DNA of 63,197 bases, filler included, from Octopus bimaculoides (lineage: Eukaryota), in the NCBI RefSeq assembly GCF_001194135.2. It is 6 parts of 6 records of this genome, joined end to end, with 100 filler letters (N's around TTAATTAATTAA, not from the genome) between each part and the next. Parts side by side here need not be neighbours in the genome. Positions count along the whole stretch, not along the records: positions 23,486 to 37,703 come from NC_068988.1; positions 37,804 to 43,795 come from NW_026424044.1; 4 more parts are not named here. One strand, given 5' to 3'. A program made the translations under genes and the position numbers. Below, piece by piece: positions 24,302-39,406 of the stretch (positions within the stretch are counted from its first letter, which is position 1; each line of letters starts with the position of its first letter). The notes beneath the pieces are model-generated. The model saw only the letters and a list, made by a program, of their open reading frames with translations, had not been told where the DNA came from and made no database searches.

Positions 24302-24789
24302 AATATATGCATATTACATATATGTATATGCATATATTTTTAGATATAACTATATGCATATATATCAGTTGAATGAAGTTACAACTTATATATGAGAGAA
24401 AGTGAGAAAAGGTGAGTGAGAAATAAAGAGCGATATATCCGGACATAGCTGTATGATTCAGAAGTACACTTCGTGATCAACTAGTTTTGGTTTCAATACC
24501 ACTCTGCAGTGTTTTAAGGAAGTGTTTCCTGCTTCGTCAAGTTATACAGATACTTCTGATGAGAACTCAACAAGCTTCGAAAATTGATTAAGCTTGTTCG
24601 TCAGTTATTCAATATGGGGAGAAACAGTTAAATTTGTCATGTTTGTATTCTGCTACGTAGATTTCCATATATCATATCATACCTTGATACTGTGTGTATT
24701 GATGTCCCTGCTGAAAGCCCACTGATATTAAAAATTAAAAAAATAACAGAAACTTGCCGCAAATCGAGCGCTCAGCAGGAGATATCGTG

Positions 24790-25321
24790 AGAACTCCCAT
24801 CCGACACGTGTTTCGGTCCTTATGCCTGACACTCTACGGGATCCGGGTCCACCCAAGTCATTGCTACTAGGTGTTCTCCTGCTACTTTCCAAAATCTTCT
24901 CTCCAGTGGGATTTGAACTTAGGTCGTTCTTATGTTCTCAGTATGTGTTTCAGTCCTCCAAGCCACTCTAACCGACGAAGGAACCAGTCCTCTTCTTCAT
25001 TCTATTCCTGTGAATAACCAATGGAATTCGTAACTAGGTCAGTTGGTCATTTCTCTTCGCCCATATCCATATTGAGCTCTTTTCAGCAACATCAGACAAG
25101 CGTTTAATTGCGGCAGTTCTTCTACGGCCCTTGATACCCAACTGCCCGAGTAACCGACAGGTTGATGCAACCACGAATCCTCGCGATCCAATTTTAACTC
25201 GTTTCACAGTACAGTGGTAACCCTCACTGCCTAGCTGCTTTGCCAGCTCACCGTATTTGCTCATCTCGTATGGTACTGACAATTCAATTAGTAACATTTT
25301 GGCACTGGCTTGACAGGTCAC
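24790..25321 (-). mobile_element. RLE-type (HERO-like) LINE 3' end
   Basis: LLIELSVPYE...KYGELA...VKIGSRGFV...LGI...AEKSSIWIWAKR* followed by a putative 3' UTR. Confidence 0.7.
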
Positions 25322-25414
25322 CGATATTAAATAAAGTGTTAATTATTAACAATGTGCAAATTAATAGCCCCTATGCTCCGAAACAACTTGATATGCTATG
25401 GATAGAATCAAGTT

Positions 25415-25863
25415 GCTACTCTCTCTTTTACTCTTTTAATTGTTTCAGTCATTTGACTGCGGCCATGCTGGAGCACCGCCTTTAGTCGAGCAAATCGACA
25501 CCAGGACTTATTCTTTGGAAGCCTAGTACTTATTCTATAGGTCTCTTTTGCCGAACCGCTAAAAAAAAGGGGACGTAAACACACCAGCATCGGTTGTCAA
25601 GCGATGTTGGGGGGACAAACACGGACACACAAACATATACACACACANNNNNNNNNNNNNNNNNNNNNNNNNNNNNNNNNNNNNNNNNNNNTATATATAC
25701 GACGGGCTTCTTTCAGTTTCCGTCTACCAAATCCACTCACAAGGCTTTGGTCGGCCCGAGTCTATAGTAGAAGATACTTGCCCAAGGTGCCACGCAGTGG
25801 GACTGAACCCGGAACCATGTGGTTGGTAAGCAAGCTACTTACCACACAGCCACTCCTGCGCCT
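25415..25863 (-). mobile_element. SINE family A, near full length
   Basis: Reverse complement of 49052-49430 with a gap in the central microsatellite. Confidence 0.85.
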
Positions 25864-26277
25864 ATCCTTATTTTTCTGACATAAGTCACATAATATAGGC
25901 ACCTCTACATGATAGGATAAGGCACGAAAATCTATGAAATCTTTTCGGAGAAATCGTTAATGAGCGTAATTTTAGGAAGCTGTGGTTGCTATGTTTTACT
26001 GAGAACATTTGAAAAATAACGATAAATGTAAATTGTAAAAACATGTTTCAACACTCTCTATGGACAGAAGATTGCAGGTCCTGTCTGTCTGCATAAATTG
26101 CTTCGGAACAGCTTTTATGAGACTGCACGTTCACCAGGTATCAGGTCATGGAGGCTGCGCATACATATATATATACTTACATAAATATATATAAAGATAT
26201 TATGTTTTATAGTGGTATCACTGGTTTAGCATGCGCAAAAAACCATAAAAGTAAAATTATCAATTAATAATTAAGGG

Positions 26278-26638
26278 TTGTTGTTGGCATTCCGTCGCTT
26301 ACGACGTCGAGGGTTCCAGTTGATCCGATCAACGGAACAGCCTACTCGTGAAATAAACGTGCAAGTGGCCGAGCACTCCACAGGCACGTGTACCCTTAAC
26401 GTAGTTCTCGGGGATATTCAGCGTGACACAGTGTTACAAGGCTGACCCTTTGAATTACAGGCACAACAGAAACAGGAAGTAAGAGTGAGAGAAAGTTGTG
26501 GTGGAAGAGTACAGCAGGGTTCGCCACCATCCACTGCCGGAGCTTAATAAACAATCACAACACTTGGTCTGGGAATCGAAACCGCGATCCTATGACCGCG
26601 AGTCCGCTGCCCTAACCACTGGGCCATTGCGCCTCCAC
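26278..26638 (-). mobile_element. tRNA-derived SINE with (AAC)n tail and perfect TSD
   Basis: Head GGAGGCGCAATGGCCCAGTGGTTAGGGCAGCGGACTCGCGG...GGTTTCGATTCCC. The 12-bp TSD AATAATTAAGGG is at 26266-26277 and 26639-26650. Confidence 0.9.
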
Positions 26639-27516
26639 AATAATTAAGGGTACTATAGGCAGTACCAGCATGCTAAATTAGCTCTCCTCAAACGTCGTTT
26701 TGACTATCGCCTTTTCTCTTTTACAAGCACTTCTTCACTTCCACTTTGATACAGTTCAACAAAATTCAATGCACTGCAAAAAACTTACTGCCGATAGCAG
26801 TAAGGTGGAAAATGAGAGTGCAGGAAAATGGAAATGGAAAGAGAGAGGGGGCAGAAAACATGATGTGACGTTTGTTAAGACACTCATGCAACCTGAAATG
26901 TCTCGGTTGTTAGCCCGTATACATTAATGTTAGAGTGTTTCCAATAATATACACATATATCTGTATCTATAACTATATATATATANNNNNNNNNNNNNNN
27001 NNNNNNNNNNNNNNNNNNNNNNNNNNNNNNNNNNNNNNNNNNNNNNNNNNNNNNNNNNNNNNNNNNNNNNNNNNNNNNNNNNNNNNNNNNNNNNNNNNNN
27101 NNNNNNNNNNNNNNNNNNNNNNNNNNNNNNNNNNNNNNNNNNNNNNNNNNNNNNNNNNNNNNNNNNNNNNNNNNNNNNNNNNNNNNNNNNNNNNNNNNNN
27201 NNNNNNNNNNNNNNNNNNNNNNNNNNNNNNNNNNNNNNNNNNNNNNNNNNNNNNNNNNNNNNNNNNNNNNNNNNNNNNNNNNNNNNNNNNNNNNNNNNNN
27301 NNNNNNNNNNNNNNNNNNNNNNNNNNNNNNNNNNNNNNNNNNNNNNNNNNNNNNNNNNNNNNNNNNNNNNNNNNNNNNNNNNNNNNNNNNNNNNNNNNNN
27401 NNNNNNNNNNNNNNNNNNNNNNNNNNNNNNNNNNNNNNNNNNNNNNNNNNNNNNNNNNNNNNNNNNNNNNNNNNNNNNNNNNNNNNNNNNNNNNNNNNNN
27501 NNNNNNNNNNATGCAT

Positions 27517-27571
<55 letters not shown>

Positions 27572-29269
27572 CATACATACATACATACATACATACAGAC
27601 ATACATACATACATACATACATACACGCATACATACACGCACACACACACACACGCACACATATATGCATGGTTGTATGTATCTATGTATATCTATGTGT
27701 ATATGTGTTTGTGTACGTATGTGCGTTTGTTTGAATAAGAATAATCATTACTTACATTATCTATTGTATCATTTCTACTCAGTGTTTCAGCGATTTAAGA
27801 ACATTATATAGGAGTTAATAAGTTTATAAAAGTAGTTGAGATACATGAATAAAAAATAAACATATTTCTTAGTTTTAGATGAAAATATAAACATTTGAAT
27901 ATTTTTTGAAGGACTGTTTATAAAAATTGTAATTTTCTTAGTTCTTTTGAAATCTGGTTGAATTTTATATTTATGTAGATATTTTGCATTGATTTTTTTT
28001 TTAAATATGCACACTGCATATGTTCTCTGTTTATTTATTTATTTTTTCCGATTCAAAGCAGTCTTTCTTTTGTTCGATAGTTTTGCAGGAAGTACAGGAA
28101 AAATGTCTAACCCTTGTGTCCTTTTTAATGACTTTACAGAGGAAATAAAGAACAGAATAAAAGTTTCCAGCAAGTTTTGTCTTCTGTGGACAAAAGTGCA
28201 GACTAAGACGACCAGCCACGCAATATAAACACAAAGAGATATATAAACGAACAAAAAGTACTGAAGTAGAATATACACATTCAAATAGGTCTGGAAAGAT
28301 ATATTTTCTCACATAATCTAATAATACATGCATTTATTAAAATAACCTATGTTAACGATGAAAAGTTTATTAAGAGTTTGGAAGGCTTCCTGTAATTGAT
28401 CAGCATGCTGCCAGATAATGCGTTCATAAGAAAATAAATGAAATCGATAAACGCTTCACCTTTAAATTTTGATAATTGTAAGTTGCTTATCGTTCAGTAA
28501 ACAGTCGGAATAGAATCTTGACAGGTCGATAAAACCAAATAAAACACATATAGTCGGGCATTATCCAGTCTATTCTGTAGAGTGAAGCGCCATTGGCTTA
28601 ACTGCAGTCTCATTTTCCAAGGTGCTTCAATGTCCAAGGTGACTCGTGTATATATATATATATATATATNNNNNNNNNNNNNNNNNNNNNNNNNNNNNNN
28701 NNNNNNNNNNNNNNNNNNNNNNNNNNNNNNNNNNNNNNNNNNNNNNNNNNNNNNNNNNNNNNNNNNNNNNNNNNNNNNNNNNNNNNNNNNNNNNNNNNNN
28801 NNNNNNNNNNNNNNNNNNNNNNNNNNNNNNNNNNNNNNNNNNNNNNNNNNNNNNNNNNNNNNNNNNNNNNNNNNNNNNNNNNNNNNNNNNNNNNNNNNNN
28901 NNNNNNNNNNNNNNNNNNNNNNNNNNNNNNNNNNNNNNNNNNNNNNNNNNNNNNNNNNNNNNNNNNNNNNNNNNNNNNNNNNNNNNNNNNNNNNNNNNNN
29001 NNNNNNNNNNNNNNNNNNNNNNNNNNNNNNNNNNNNNNNNNNNNNNNNNNNNNNNNNNNNNNNNNNNNNNNNNNNNNNNNNNNNNNNNNNNNNNNNNNNN
29101 NNNNNNNNNNNNNNNNNNNNNNNNNNNNNNNNNNNNNNNNNNNNNNNNNNNNNNNNNNNNNNNNNNNNNNNNNNNNNNNNNNNNNNNNNNNNNNNNNNNN
29201 NNNNNNNNNNNNNNNNNNNNNNNNNNNNNNNNNNNNNNNNNNNNNNNNNNNNNNNNNNNNNNNNNNNAG

Positions 29270-29492
29270 CATCGGTTGTCAAGCAATGCTAGGGGGACAG
29301 ACACACAAAGATACAAACACACATACATATACATATATATTACGGGCTTCTTTCAGTTTCCGTCCACCAATTCCACTCACAAGGCTTTTGTCGGCCCGAA
29401 ACTATAGTAGAAAACACTTGCCTAAGGTGTCACGCTGTGGGACTGAACTCGGAAATGTTTGGTTGGTATGCAAGCTACCTACCACACAGCCA
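29270..29492 (-). mobile_element. SINE family A, partial
   Basis: CGGGCTTCTTTCAGTTTCCGTCCACCAATTCCACTCACAAGGC...ACCACACAGCC. Confidence 0.8.
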
Positions 29493-30233
29493 GAGGTCTA
29501 TTGTCGAAGCAGATGATTGTTGCACGACAATAAACGCTCACGTACGGCCGCCATTACGACTGAAACCAAGCTATTTAAAAACACTTTTTCTCTTACCTGT
29601 AAAGGAAAGTGACACGATTCTTTTTGAAAGAATTGTCGTATTTTGTGCAAGTACATGCATTGTTCAGCTTTTCGAACACTCGTAATAAAAGCTAAAGGCT
29701 AATCTGCATAGAGAGAAGTTTTTCAAAATAAATATTTGAAAAATAAGTGCTTTGCAAATCATCCTCTATAGTGATTTGTCCATACTACGTGCGTTTGAAA
29801 AGTTGAACGACGAGGCGTTTACTGACAATGCGAAAACTTACTTTCAAAAGATTTATGTCATTCTGTTCTTCAAAAACAATTTTTTAATAGTTAACAACTT
29901 TTGATAAAATCTTTCTTTACGCACACACTCACTCAGACACAAACAAACACATGCGTACACATATACGTACGTAAATGTATTTGTACGTATGTGCGATTTT
30001 GTATATACCTTGGTCTTGACATCACGTAATGCTTGTAAACGAGCATCATTGTCATATAAACGATGCTGATTGTTTCTAGTCTCCATGTTTGGTCATAGAC
30101 CAATATTACCTAGCATAGAAATAGGTGGATCTTGGCGTCAGAAAAATTTGTGTCAAAGAATTCCGTCTGACTCATGTCAATATGGAGAAGTAAATATTAA
30201 AACCACGTTGGTAATAATACGTGTGTGTATACG

Positions 30234-30268
<35 letters not shown>

Positions 30269-30277
30269 ACGCACGCA

Positions 30278-30314
<37 letters not shown>

Positions 30315-30384
30315 ATGTATGTGCCCGCGTGAGTGCACGACAGGCTTCTGCAAAGTGCTGCTCAACTGAAATCTATAGCAGAAG

Positions 30385-30560
30385 TAACGTTAGCACGCCG
30401 GGCAGAATACTTTGCGGCATTTCGCTCGTCTTGACGTTCTAAGTTCAAATACGGCCGAGGTCGCCTTCACCTTTCATCCTTTCGGGCTCGATAAAATTAA
30501 TACCAGTCGAGTACTGGGGTCATTGTAATCATCTTACACCCACTCACGAAATACTTGAAA
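30385..30560 (+). mobile_element. SINE family B
   Basis: GTTAGCACGCCGGGC...GTTCAAATACGGCCGAGGTCGCC...TCATCCTTTCGGGCTCGATAAAATT. Confidence 0.8.
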
Positions 30561-32862
30561 CCAATACACATAGGAATAAATAGATTCAAGTTAAAGTACT
30601 CATTTACATCATTCTTTTTTTTTTTTTTGAAACCTAGCCAGTTTACTTCACCTTCGTTTGAATATATTCTAGCTGCAGTGTAAATTTATTCTTAAAAATA
30701 TTTTACTATTTTTTTATTTATTATTTGGAAAATAACAACAATAGTATTGCTAAAAGAAAAATAATAAACATTCTGGAAACCCACATACACACATTGACAC
30801 GCATATATACTTGCACGCGTGCACACGCGCACACATGTATATATGTATATATAATTCATGGAACGATAATAAAATTAAAAGAACTACTCGGAAAGAATGC
30901 CATTTTAATGTATTTTTAATGTAATTCGGTATGTTGCAACCTAATTTTTTTTGCTAAAATTTCTTTTATTTTATTGTATTTCACTCAAGAATAGTTTTTC
31001 AAATAACAGTATTCTTAATCTTACAACCAACCGTTCCCTCTTTTTTTAACATTTTAAAAAATAGATTCCCTTAAACGAAGCAGCCAATGTTTCTTTCTGT
31101 CTGCCTTCATTTTCTCTTATTATTTTTTCCTATCTTGCTTCTAAGGTTGTTTTGTTCCGTTGTCTTGTTACCATTTTATTATATATATTTACTTTTTGGT
31201 TGAGATAAAAATTATTAATTCTAAAAAAAAAATGAAGAATTTAGAAATAAATACTGAATGTCCATATAGTCGTTAAAGTTTGGTTTTGAAAAGATTTCAT
31301 TTTGTGAAAGAATATCTCATACGGTAATTCATTTGGCACAAGATTGAAACCAAACACTGATTTCTGGAGCGATATTCATGGTATTATTTTTTTTTATCAC
31401 TTCTTTTGTTTAATTCTACCTCAAATTGAATGAACAACAAAAGTAATTTGTCAAATTTTTTAATGGTCAGCTGCGTATAACAAGCTTGCAGCAGATCATT
31501 GAATCGGTTTCGTTAAATCGTCAAGTTTATAGCTGTCCATTCAGGTATTGCTCATACAAGCCTCACACAATTCTACAGCGAACAAATATGGTCGATTATC
31601 CTCTTAGTTTGATTAATAGCTGTTGTTTAATTAATCCTGCTACTCGGAATAAAATATTAAGAGAAAATAATTCCATAGAGATTGACTATGCGTTTCAAAA
31701 AATATGACTAAAACACATGGCTATTTTGTATAATGAAGTATGAGAGTACTTATCACTGTCTACGTGTGTTTTCCTACTTTTCATTCACTTTATAGTCTCT
31801 TCACTTGTCGGTCATATTCCTGTTACCACTATTGTTTCTTTTACTACATATTTTTCATTAAACTCTTATCCTTTTACTTTCAACTCGCGGGGCCATTTCC
31901 ATGTGGAATAGCTTTCCTGGCAATATATTTTTTCTTCAACAGGTAATGTTCTAAACTGGAAATCAACCCTATGAACTACGCCACAAAGTCTTTATCCATT
32001 GGTTACTTAAATGGTTGCATAGATACATAAGAAAACAATACGTTAGACACTTGCCAATGTATGTAGACACAATTCAGCACTGCATACATTAACCTACATT
32101 TAAAACAGAAGACTTTTGCTGCTCTGTACCGGCAATTAGTGAATACAAATAGATCAAATGTAGTATAAATTGGTTTACCACGTGGAAAATGAAAATTCTA
32201 ATGTTTCAGGCAGTAATCTTCGTCTTTTGATTTTTCATCTTCTTCACTGAAAACTAATTCTTTTTGCTTTTGAAGCGTTTATACTAACTGTCAATGCAGA
32301 TCAGAAGAACTCTCGAAAACTATTTACTTTCTGAGTGAAGAAGTTTAAACTTAATATTAAAATCGTGCAGCGCATGAAGACACAGTAATGTTTCGGTTTC
32401 CATCATACGACGCACCACTATGGGAGAGCGTTTTCGAATGGAATGGACGAAAGCTTTGAGTGGAATTTGTTGAAATCGTGTGATAGTTTGTTGGAGGAAT
32501 CATTTCTGTATTCAACTTGTTGATTTAATTCGGCAGCTGGTTTAACAACACCACATGGCACTCATGAGCAGTTAAAATATCTGACTCTGTTATGAGCTTT
32601 TCAGACCAGGTCTCCGGACTCTAGTAATCCAATCTCCTCCGCCAACTATATTCGGAGGCCCAGAACAGAGTCATGAGCGTTGTTCTCTCTCTTTTGACTA
32701 AGCGATAAAATGATGACTGTCAGTGTCTTTAAACCATATAGTTATATAATCACAATATACGAACATACGATTTATATATAGAAATTTAGTTACTATAAAT
32801 AACGAGAGTTCCATAACCCCTGTCTCGATATACAACAAAAATTAAACAATCTTCGTCCACTA

Positions 32863-33858
32863 TATAAGGTGTATTCCGGAAGTTTCAAAATTTCTTCAGG
32901 AGAGACATTTATCAATTTCAAAGAAGTACAAAAAACTCTAATCTCCATCCACTAACTACAAAGCAGCCACTTCTTGGGAGATTCATGGAAGTCCTCCGAT
33001 ATAAAGGTGTCAGGTCCCCTGTCACAGCCTTCTCCGTAATTTGTTTACGGCTTGGGAAACAACCGAAAGTCACAGGTAGCAAGGTCTGGACAGTAGAGAA
33101 AGTGATGCTTTGTTTTGGTGCCCATCTCTGTCCAGTAGTCGTTTACCAGGATGAAATTGTGGACTTGGACATTGTCCTGGTGTAGTGCTCTGAGCTTTTG
33201 AGACGAAATCTCTTGCAGAACTCCCTCAAAGCGTTCAGAAAGTACTCTTTGTTGACCGTCTGATTAGAAAAGACCAATTTGATATATTCTTGATTCACTT
33301 GCAGTCGAAAATGGGGATCATCATGAGCTTCCCGTTAGACTTACTTTGCCTGGACGCTTCTATCAGCAAAAACCTCCACAAAGAACTCTTTGCTGACAGT
33401 CTGGCTAGAAAGTAACCAATGGATGTACGTGCTGCACTTGCCGTCGAAAATGGTGATCATCATGGGCTTCCCGGTGGACCTACTTTGCCTCGCCGCTTGT
33501 GCTAGGACAAAACAGGTATTTGGCTCATGTAAGTAAATCTATGAGCAGTTGGAGTATTTTATAAGTTTCTGTAGTATTATTGCCCAGTTTAATACAATAT
33601 TTTATTGCATAGCGAGCTTCAATATTGTCTTCACGTCCTGACTGCATTCGGCAAACTATTCAGCTGAGACAGGTAGTGTTTAGCAGGGTGTGTTGAAAGT
33701 GTTGTTACAGTCGTCTCCTGCAAAGTAGAATAACAAAACATTAGCGGCAGGTCAGCTTACAAGATGTATAGTAATGATATATTAAAATCAAAATAATCTA
33801 AGAGCGATACAATTGCCTCTCTTAGAAAAGTCTCGAAACTTCTGGAATGCACTTCGTA
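32863..33858 (-). mobile_element. Internally deleted mariner with both TIRs
   Basis: TIRs TATAAGGTGTATTCCGGAAGTTTC and (reverse complement) TACGAAGTGCATTCCAGAAGTTTC. Minus-strand peptides are IEARYAIKYCIKLGNNTTETY, ARQSRSTGKPMM, NQTVNKEYF, HQDN and YCPDLATCDF. An internal duplication of about 60 bp lies at about 33300 and 33435. Confidence 0.85.
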
Positions 33859-34086
33859 CGCTATAGATTTACTCATAACAAATAACGAAAATCTTCAAAT
33901 TTGTTACAAATGAACTTCACATATTTTAGTGATCGGCATTCAGTTGTTCGATCAATATTGTTGTCAAACTCATTCAATTAACATGTAAAAGTAAATAACT
34001 GTGCACCTACGACACATAAATGTTGACGAAAATCTGCAAAAGTCAGCAAGTCGATGTATATAACAATGCTGAATTTTTAATTACAG

Positions 34087-34171
34087 GTCCAATCCACTTA
34101 TATCAGTCTACTGAGTTCCTGTCAGCCCAGTTTCACAGATGAGGCTAATGTACAAGGTAGTGTGCAAGATG
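34087..34171 (+). CDS. Candidate isolated exon of unknown protein
   Basis: TTTTTAATTACAG acceptor, ATG|GTATGC donor and an open frame VQSTYISLLSSCQPSFTDEANVQGSVQD. No homology was recognised. Confidence 0.2.
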
Positions 34172-36219
34172 GTATGCAACCTTGGCTTTTTTCATTTCTC
34201 AATCTATTATTAACACTGTACAATATATGTTCTTCATCCCAAATCAGCAATATAAATAAGTAGATTATGGTAAAGTAAAATGATGATTGAACTAATCAAA
34301 TACACTGTATTACTAATGAATCAGTTTTGAAGACTGAGTAGACTGCCCTCGTGAGTTAAATTCATTAGGAACGAATCAATGTTTAGTCTGATGGGATAAT
34401 AAATGAGACAACAGTTAGCAGGATTATATATGATATCAATATAACTATCTACGGTTATTCTATCGGGGTCGATAAAATAAGTACCAGCCAAGTACTGTTG
34501 TTGACTTAATCGATTTAACTCGTCCCCCAGAGGTTCTGACCTTGTGCCCAAATTTGAAATCAGCATTAGTTATCGTTATTGTTATTGTTTAACTTATCAA
34601 CAACTTAATCAAGCACACGTCTAATCAAAGTTCAAATTAAGCCTTGATATGCTCATCTTTCATCCAGATATTTAAGACTACATCATCTGAAATGTCCTCT
34701 CTTTTTCGAAGTAGTTAGAGCATGATATAAGAGAAAATGGATTGCTGTATGTAGAAGACAGAGTAAAAAGAGTGAAGCTTCCCTCGCTGGTCATTATAAA
34801 TAACGAAGCTAGAAATTTTCATCACTGATACCTTATTTAATTGCCAAATGAAGGTTGAAACGTAGAGTTGATATTGATGTGATCTAAATTCATAACAGAG
34901 CGAAGCAAATGAATACAGCAAAGCAGTATTTCTCCGATGCGCTTTCGATTCAGCCACTCAATCACTGCCGTGTTTAGTTAAAATTATAGATTGTTTAAAT
35001 GTGTGCTGTAATCATTTTTCTCACTGACATTAGGCCACGATGTTTTTGTTGAGTGCTATTACCCACTGAGTCAACTTCAATGTGTGATTGGTAATTATTT
35101 TATCGATCTCAGAAGAATTAAAGACAAAATCGATTCCAGGCGTAATTAGAACTCATAACGAAGATGGGCGTAACAAAGTATTGTAATAATTTTTTCAAAT
35201 TTTTTGTCCGATGTCCTTCTCTTCATCCACCTTGATTGACGTTAGGAATCGAGTAAACTTCATATAATTAAAAACTACATTTTGTTGAGTTGGCAGTATA
35301 GTACTACTGGTATTAATTTTGTAGTTGTCTTCATCATCATCACCATCATGATCCTCACTAACGTCACTATCATGATCTTCATGGTTGTTCTTATTATTTT
35401 CACCATCGTCATCACTATCGTCATCATCGGGGAAACCATCAATATCACCGTCACTCTCGTCCTTCTCATAGTGAATGGATCAAACGATAAAAACAGTGAC
35501 TGAAGTATTATTGTTGTAGTCTTTCAATAACAGCATTTTTATGTAACGCTTATATATTGATGCTCCTGTCATTTCCAATAGCTTTTATGACCATTGGAAA
35601 TGACATGGATTTTTACACAAAATGATCCCTCCAAAGGATATTTTATCTGCTAGAAGTAGAAAACAAATCTCCTTTTAACAACTTTAAAAAAGAATGACCA
35701 CATTCGATACGCATAATTACGCCTTTCATGAGTTCTAGAACACACAAACCCGGAACTTAATTGGCTAAGATTACAAGACACCCCACTAAATAGGATGCCT
35801 GTCCATCATAAGTTCAACTTCTCAGCTATTGCTAGAATTCATTTGTAATTAAGTGGACTGGAGAGAACTTAAATAAATGTTTTGCTCAATAACACAACGC
35901 ACCACACGGTTGGAGGATCGAAACTATAACTTTAATATCATGTGAGCTGCAGAGCCCTACATTCACTGTAGATATACATTGTCTGAAATAAAAATGAAAT
36001 AAACTTGCCTGAAATGCCTTTTGATCGTAGATTTCGCAAGGAATTAAAATGCTAATGTTCAGCTATCTACTTGAGAGAACAAATTCTGAGGTTCGTATAT
36101 ATTGAATGGATGTAGGCGTCAGAGAAAAGGTGATCCTATATATTTATAACAAGTATTATAATGCAAGAACAGATACGCGGGTTGAAACCATTTATATACT
36201 CCTGCAGAGGTGTGTACCT

Positions 36220-37703
<1,484 letters not shown>

Positions 37704-37803
37704 NNNNNNNNNNNNNNNNNNNNNNNNNNNNNNNNNNNNNNNNNNNNTTAATTAATTAANNNNNNNNNNNNNNNNNNNNNNNNNNNNNNNNNNNNNNNNN
37801 NNN
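37704..37803. other. Artificial scaffold linker
   Basis: N44-TTAATTAATTAA-N44. Confidence 0.95.
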
Positions 37804-37804
37804 G

Positions 37805-37975
37805 CTGGTGTGTTTACGTCCCGATCACTTAGCGGTTCGGCAAGAGTGACCGATAGAATAAGTACTAGGCTTACAAAGAATAAGTTCTGGGGGCCGATTT
37901 GCTCGACTAATGGCGGTGCTCCAGCATGGCCGCAGTCAAATGACTGAAACAAATAAAAGAATAAAAGAATATATA
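37805..37975 (+). mobile_element. SINE family A, 3' half
   Basis: GCTGGTGTGTTTACGTCC...TAGAATAAGTACTAGGC...GGCGGTGCTCCAGCATGGCCGCAGTCAAATGACTGAAAC. Confidence 0.85.
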
Positions 37976-39149
37976 CAAACACACACACGCACACACACGC
38001 ACACGCACGCATACAGACACACGGTTTTGAATTTAGACTACGAGAGACAAACGTCTCTTATACATGTTTTATATACTCGTCTGCTTAATTCAATCTGCTG
38101 TTTCCTCTCGTTGTTACATAGACATGTATAAGTTTGGGGCACAAAGAAAGGTAGACCAGTAAAAACATATGTTGATATTATGAAATCAATAGACGTAGGA
38201 AACTTATACATGTGTATGTATTGTATACACAACTGCAACAATAACTACGTCAACAACGACAACAATTAATAATCAAAATATATGTCTATACGAACTCTGT
38301 CTCTTACAATGGAAGATAGTTTTTCAATGAACATAGAGCTGAACTAGAGAATTCCTACAAAAGTAGCTACAAAAATGAATGAGAATAATAGAATAAAGAA
38401 TATGAACAACAAACAGAAGCGAAAACAAGAAAAAAAAACAGCAGCAGTAGCAGCAGCAGCAGTAGTAGATGAAGATGTGAGGAAACAACCGGAAATGTCA
38501 ATATCTTTATCGGACATATTGGCGAGGTAGATGTGGTGTTCGAGACCAATAACAGGTGTCGCTTCAGTATTTTTGTCTTTCTCCCCCCTCTCTTTCTCAT
38601 CCTCCGTTTTTTTTCTCTCTCTTTCCCTCATTCTCTCAACCTCACTCTTTCTCTTTCTTTTCCTTTCTTCGTATTCTCTTGTCTTGTAATTCAGCCATTT
38701 TGATTTTATGTTTTGGTTTATACAAACATAAACACACAGACACACAGACACAAATATATATATACACGCGCACGCATATAATTGTACACGAGTGTTTGTA
38801 TGTGTTTATATTATACATGTATAAACATATATACTCATATATATATATATATATATATTTGCATAGATACATACACACGTACACATAAAAACTATAACCG
38901 TAAATATGTACATACGTACATGTATACTTTGCACTTCTTTACAGTACATACATACCCGTACACACACGCTCTCGTACACACATACACACACATGTAGTTT
39001 ATAAATATTATTATTGTATTTCATTCCATTCCTACAGTTGTGCTATTTCTATTGATATACTTTTGTTTGTTTGGATACTTTTTTTTGCATGATTTTTGTT
39101 TACATTTTGATTACATTTGAATTGTACTTGTCTGAATATTGGAATTGAT

Positions 39150-39237
39150 AGATTTACGTGCCTATCTATCCATCCACCCACCTATCTACCTATCTACATA
39201 TCTATCTATCTATTTACCTATCTATCTCCATATCTAT

Positions 39238-39268
<31 letters not shown>

Positions 39269-39353
39269 CATATCTATTTATCTATCTATCTATCTACATA
39301 TCTATTTATCTATCTATCTATCTACATATCTATGTATCTATTTATCTATCTAT
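39150..39353. repeat. (TATC)n tetranucleotide repeat with higher-order units
   Basis: Repeated CATATCTATTTATCTATCTATC blocks. Confidence 0.9.
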
Positions 39354-39363
39354 NNNNNNNNNN

Positions 39364-39401
<38 letters not shown>

Positions 39402-39406
<5 letters not shown>

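Noticed and set aside
31921-31950. Other AG|GT juxtapositions (31942, 22955, 47140, 56337)
   Set aside because: Their tracts or donors are weaker, they are expected by chance in AT-rich DNA, and one lies in a repeat.
32375-32410. Minus-strand UAUGAUGG...GAAACAU hammerhead-like string
   Set aside because: The core is wrong and there is no stem I or stem II pairing.
35900-36010. Strong minus-strand acceptor at about 35984
   Set aside because: The downstream sequence is a decayed SINE head with no good donor.
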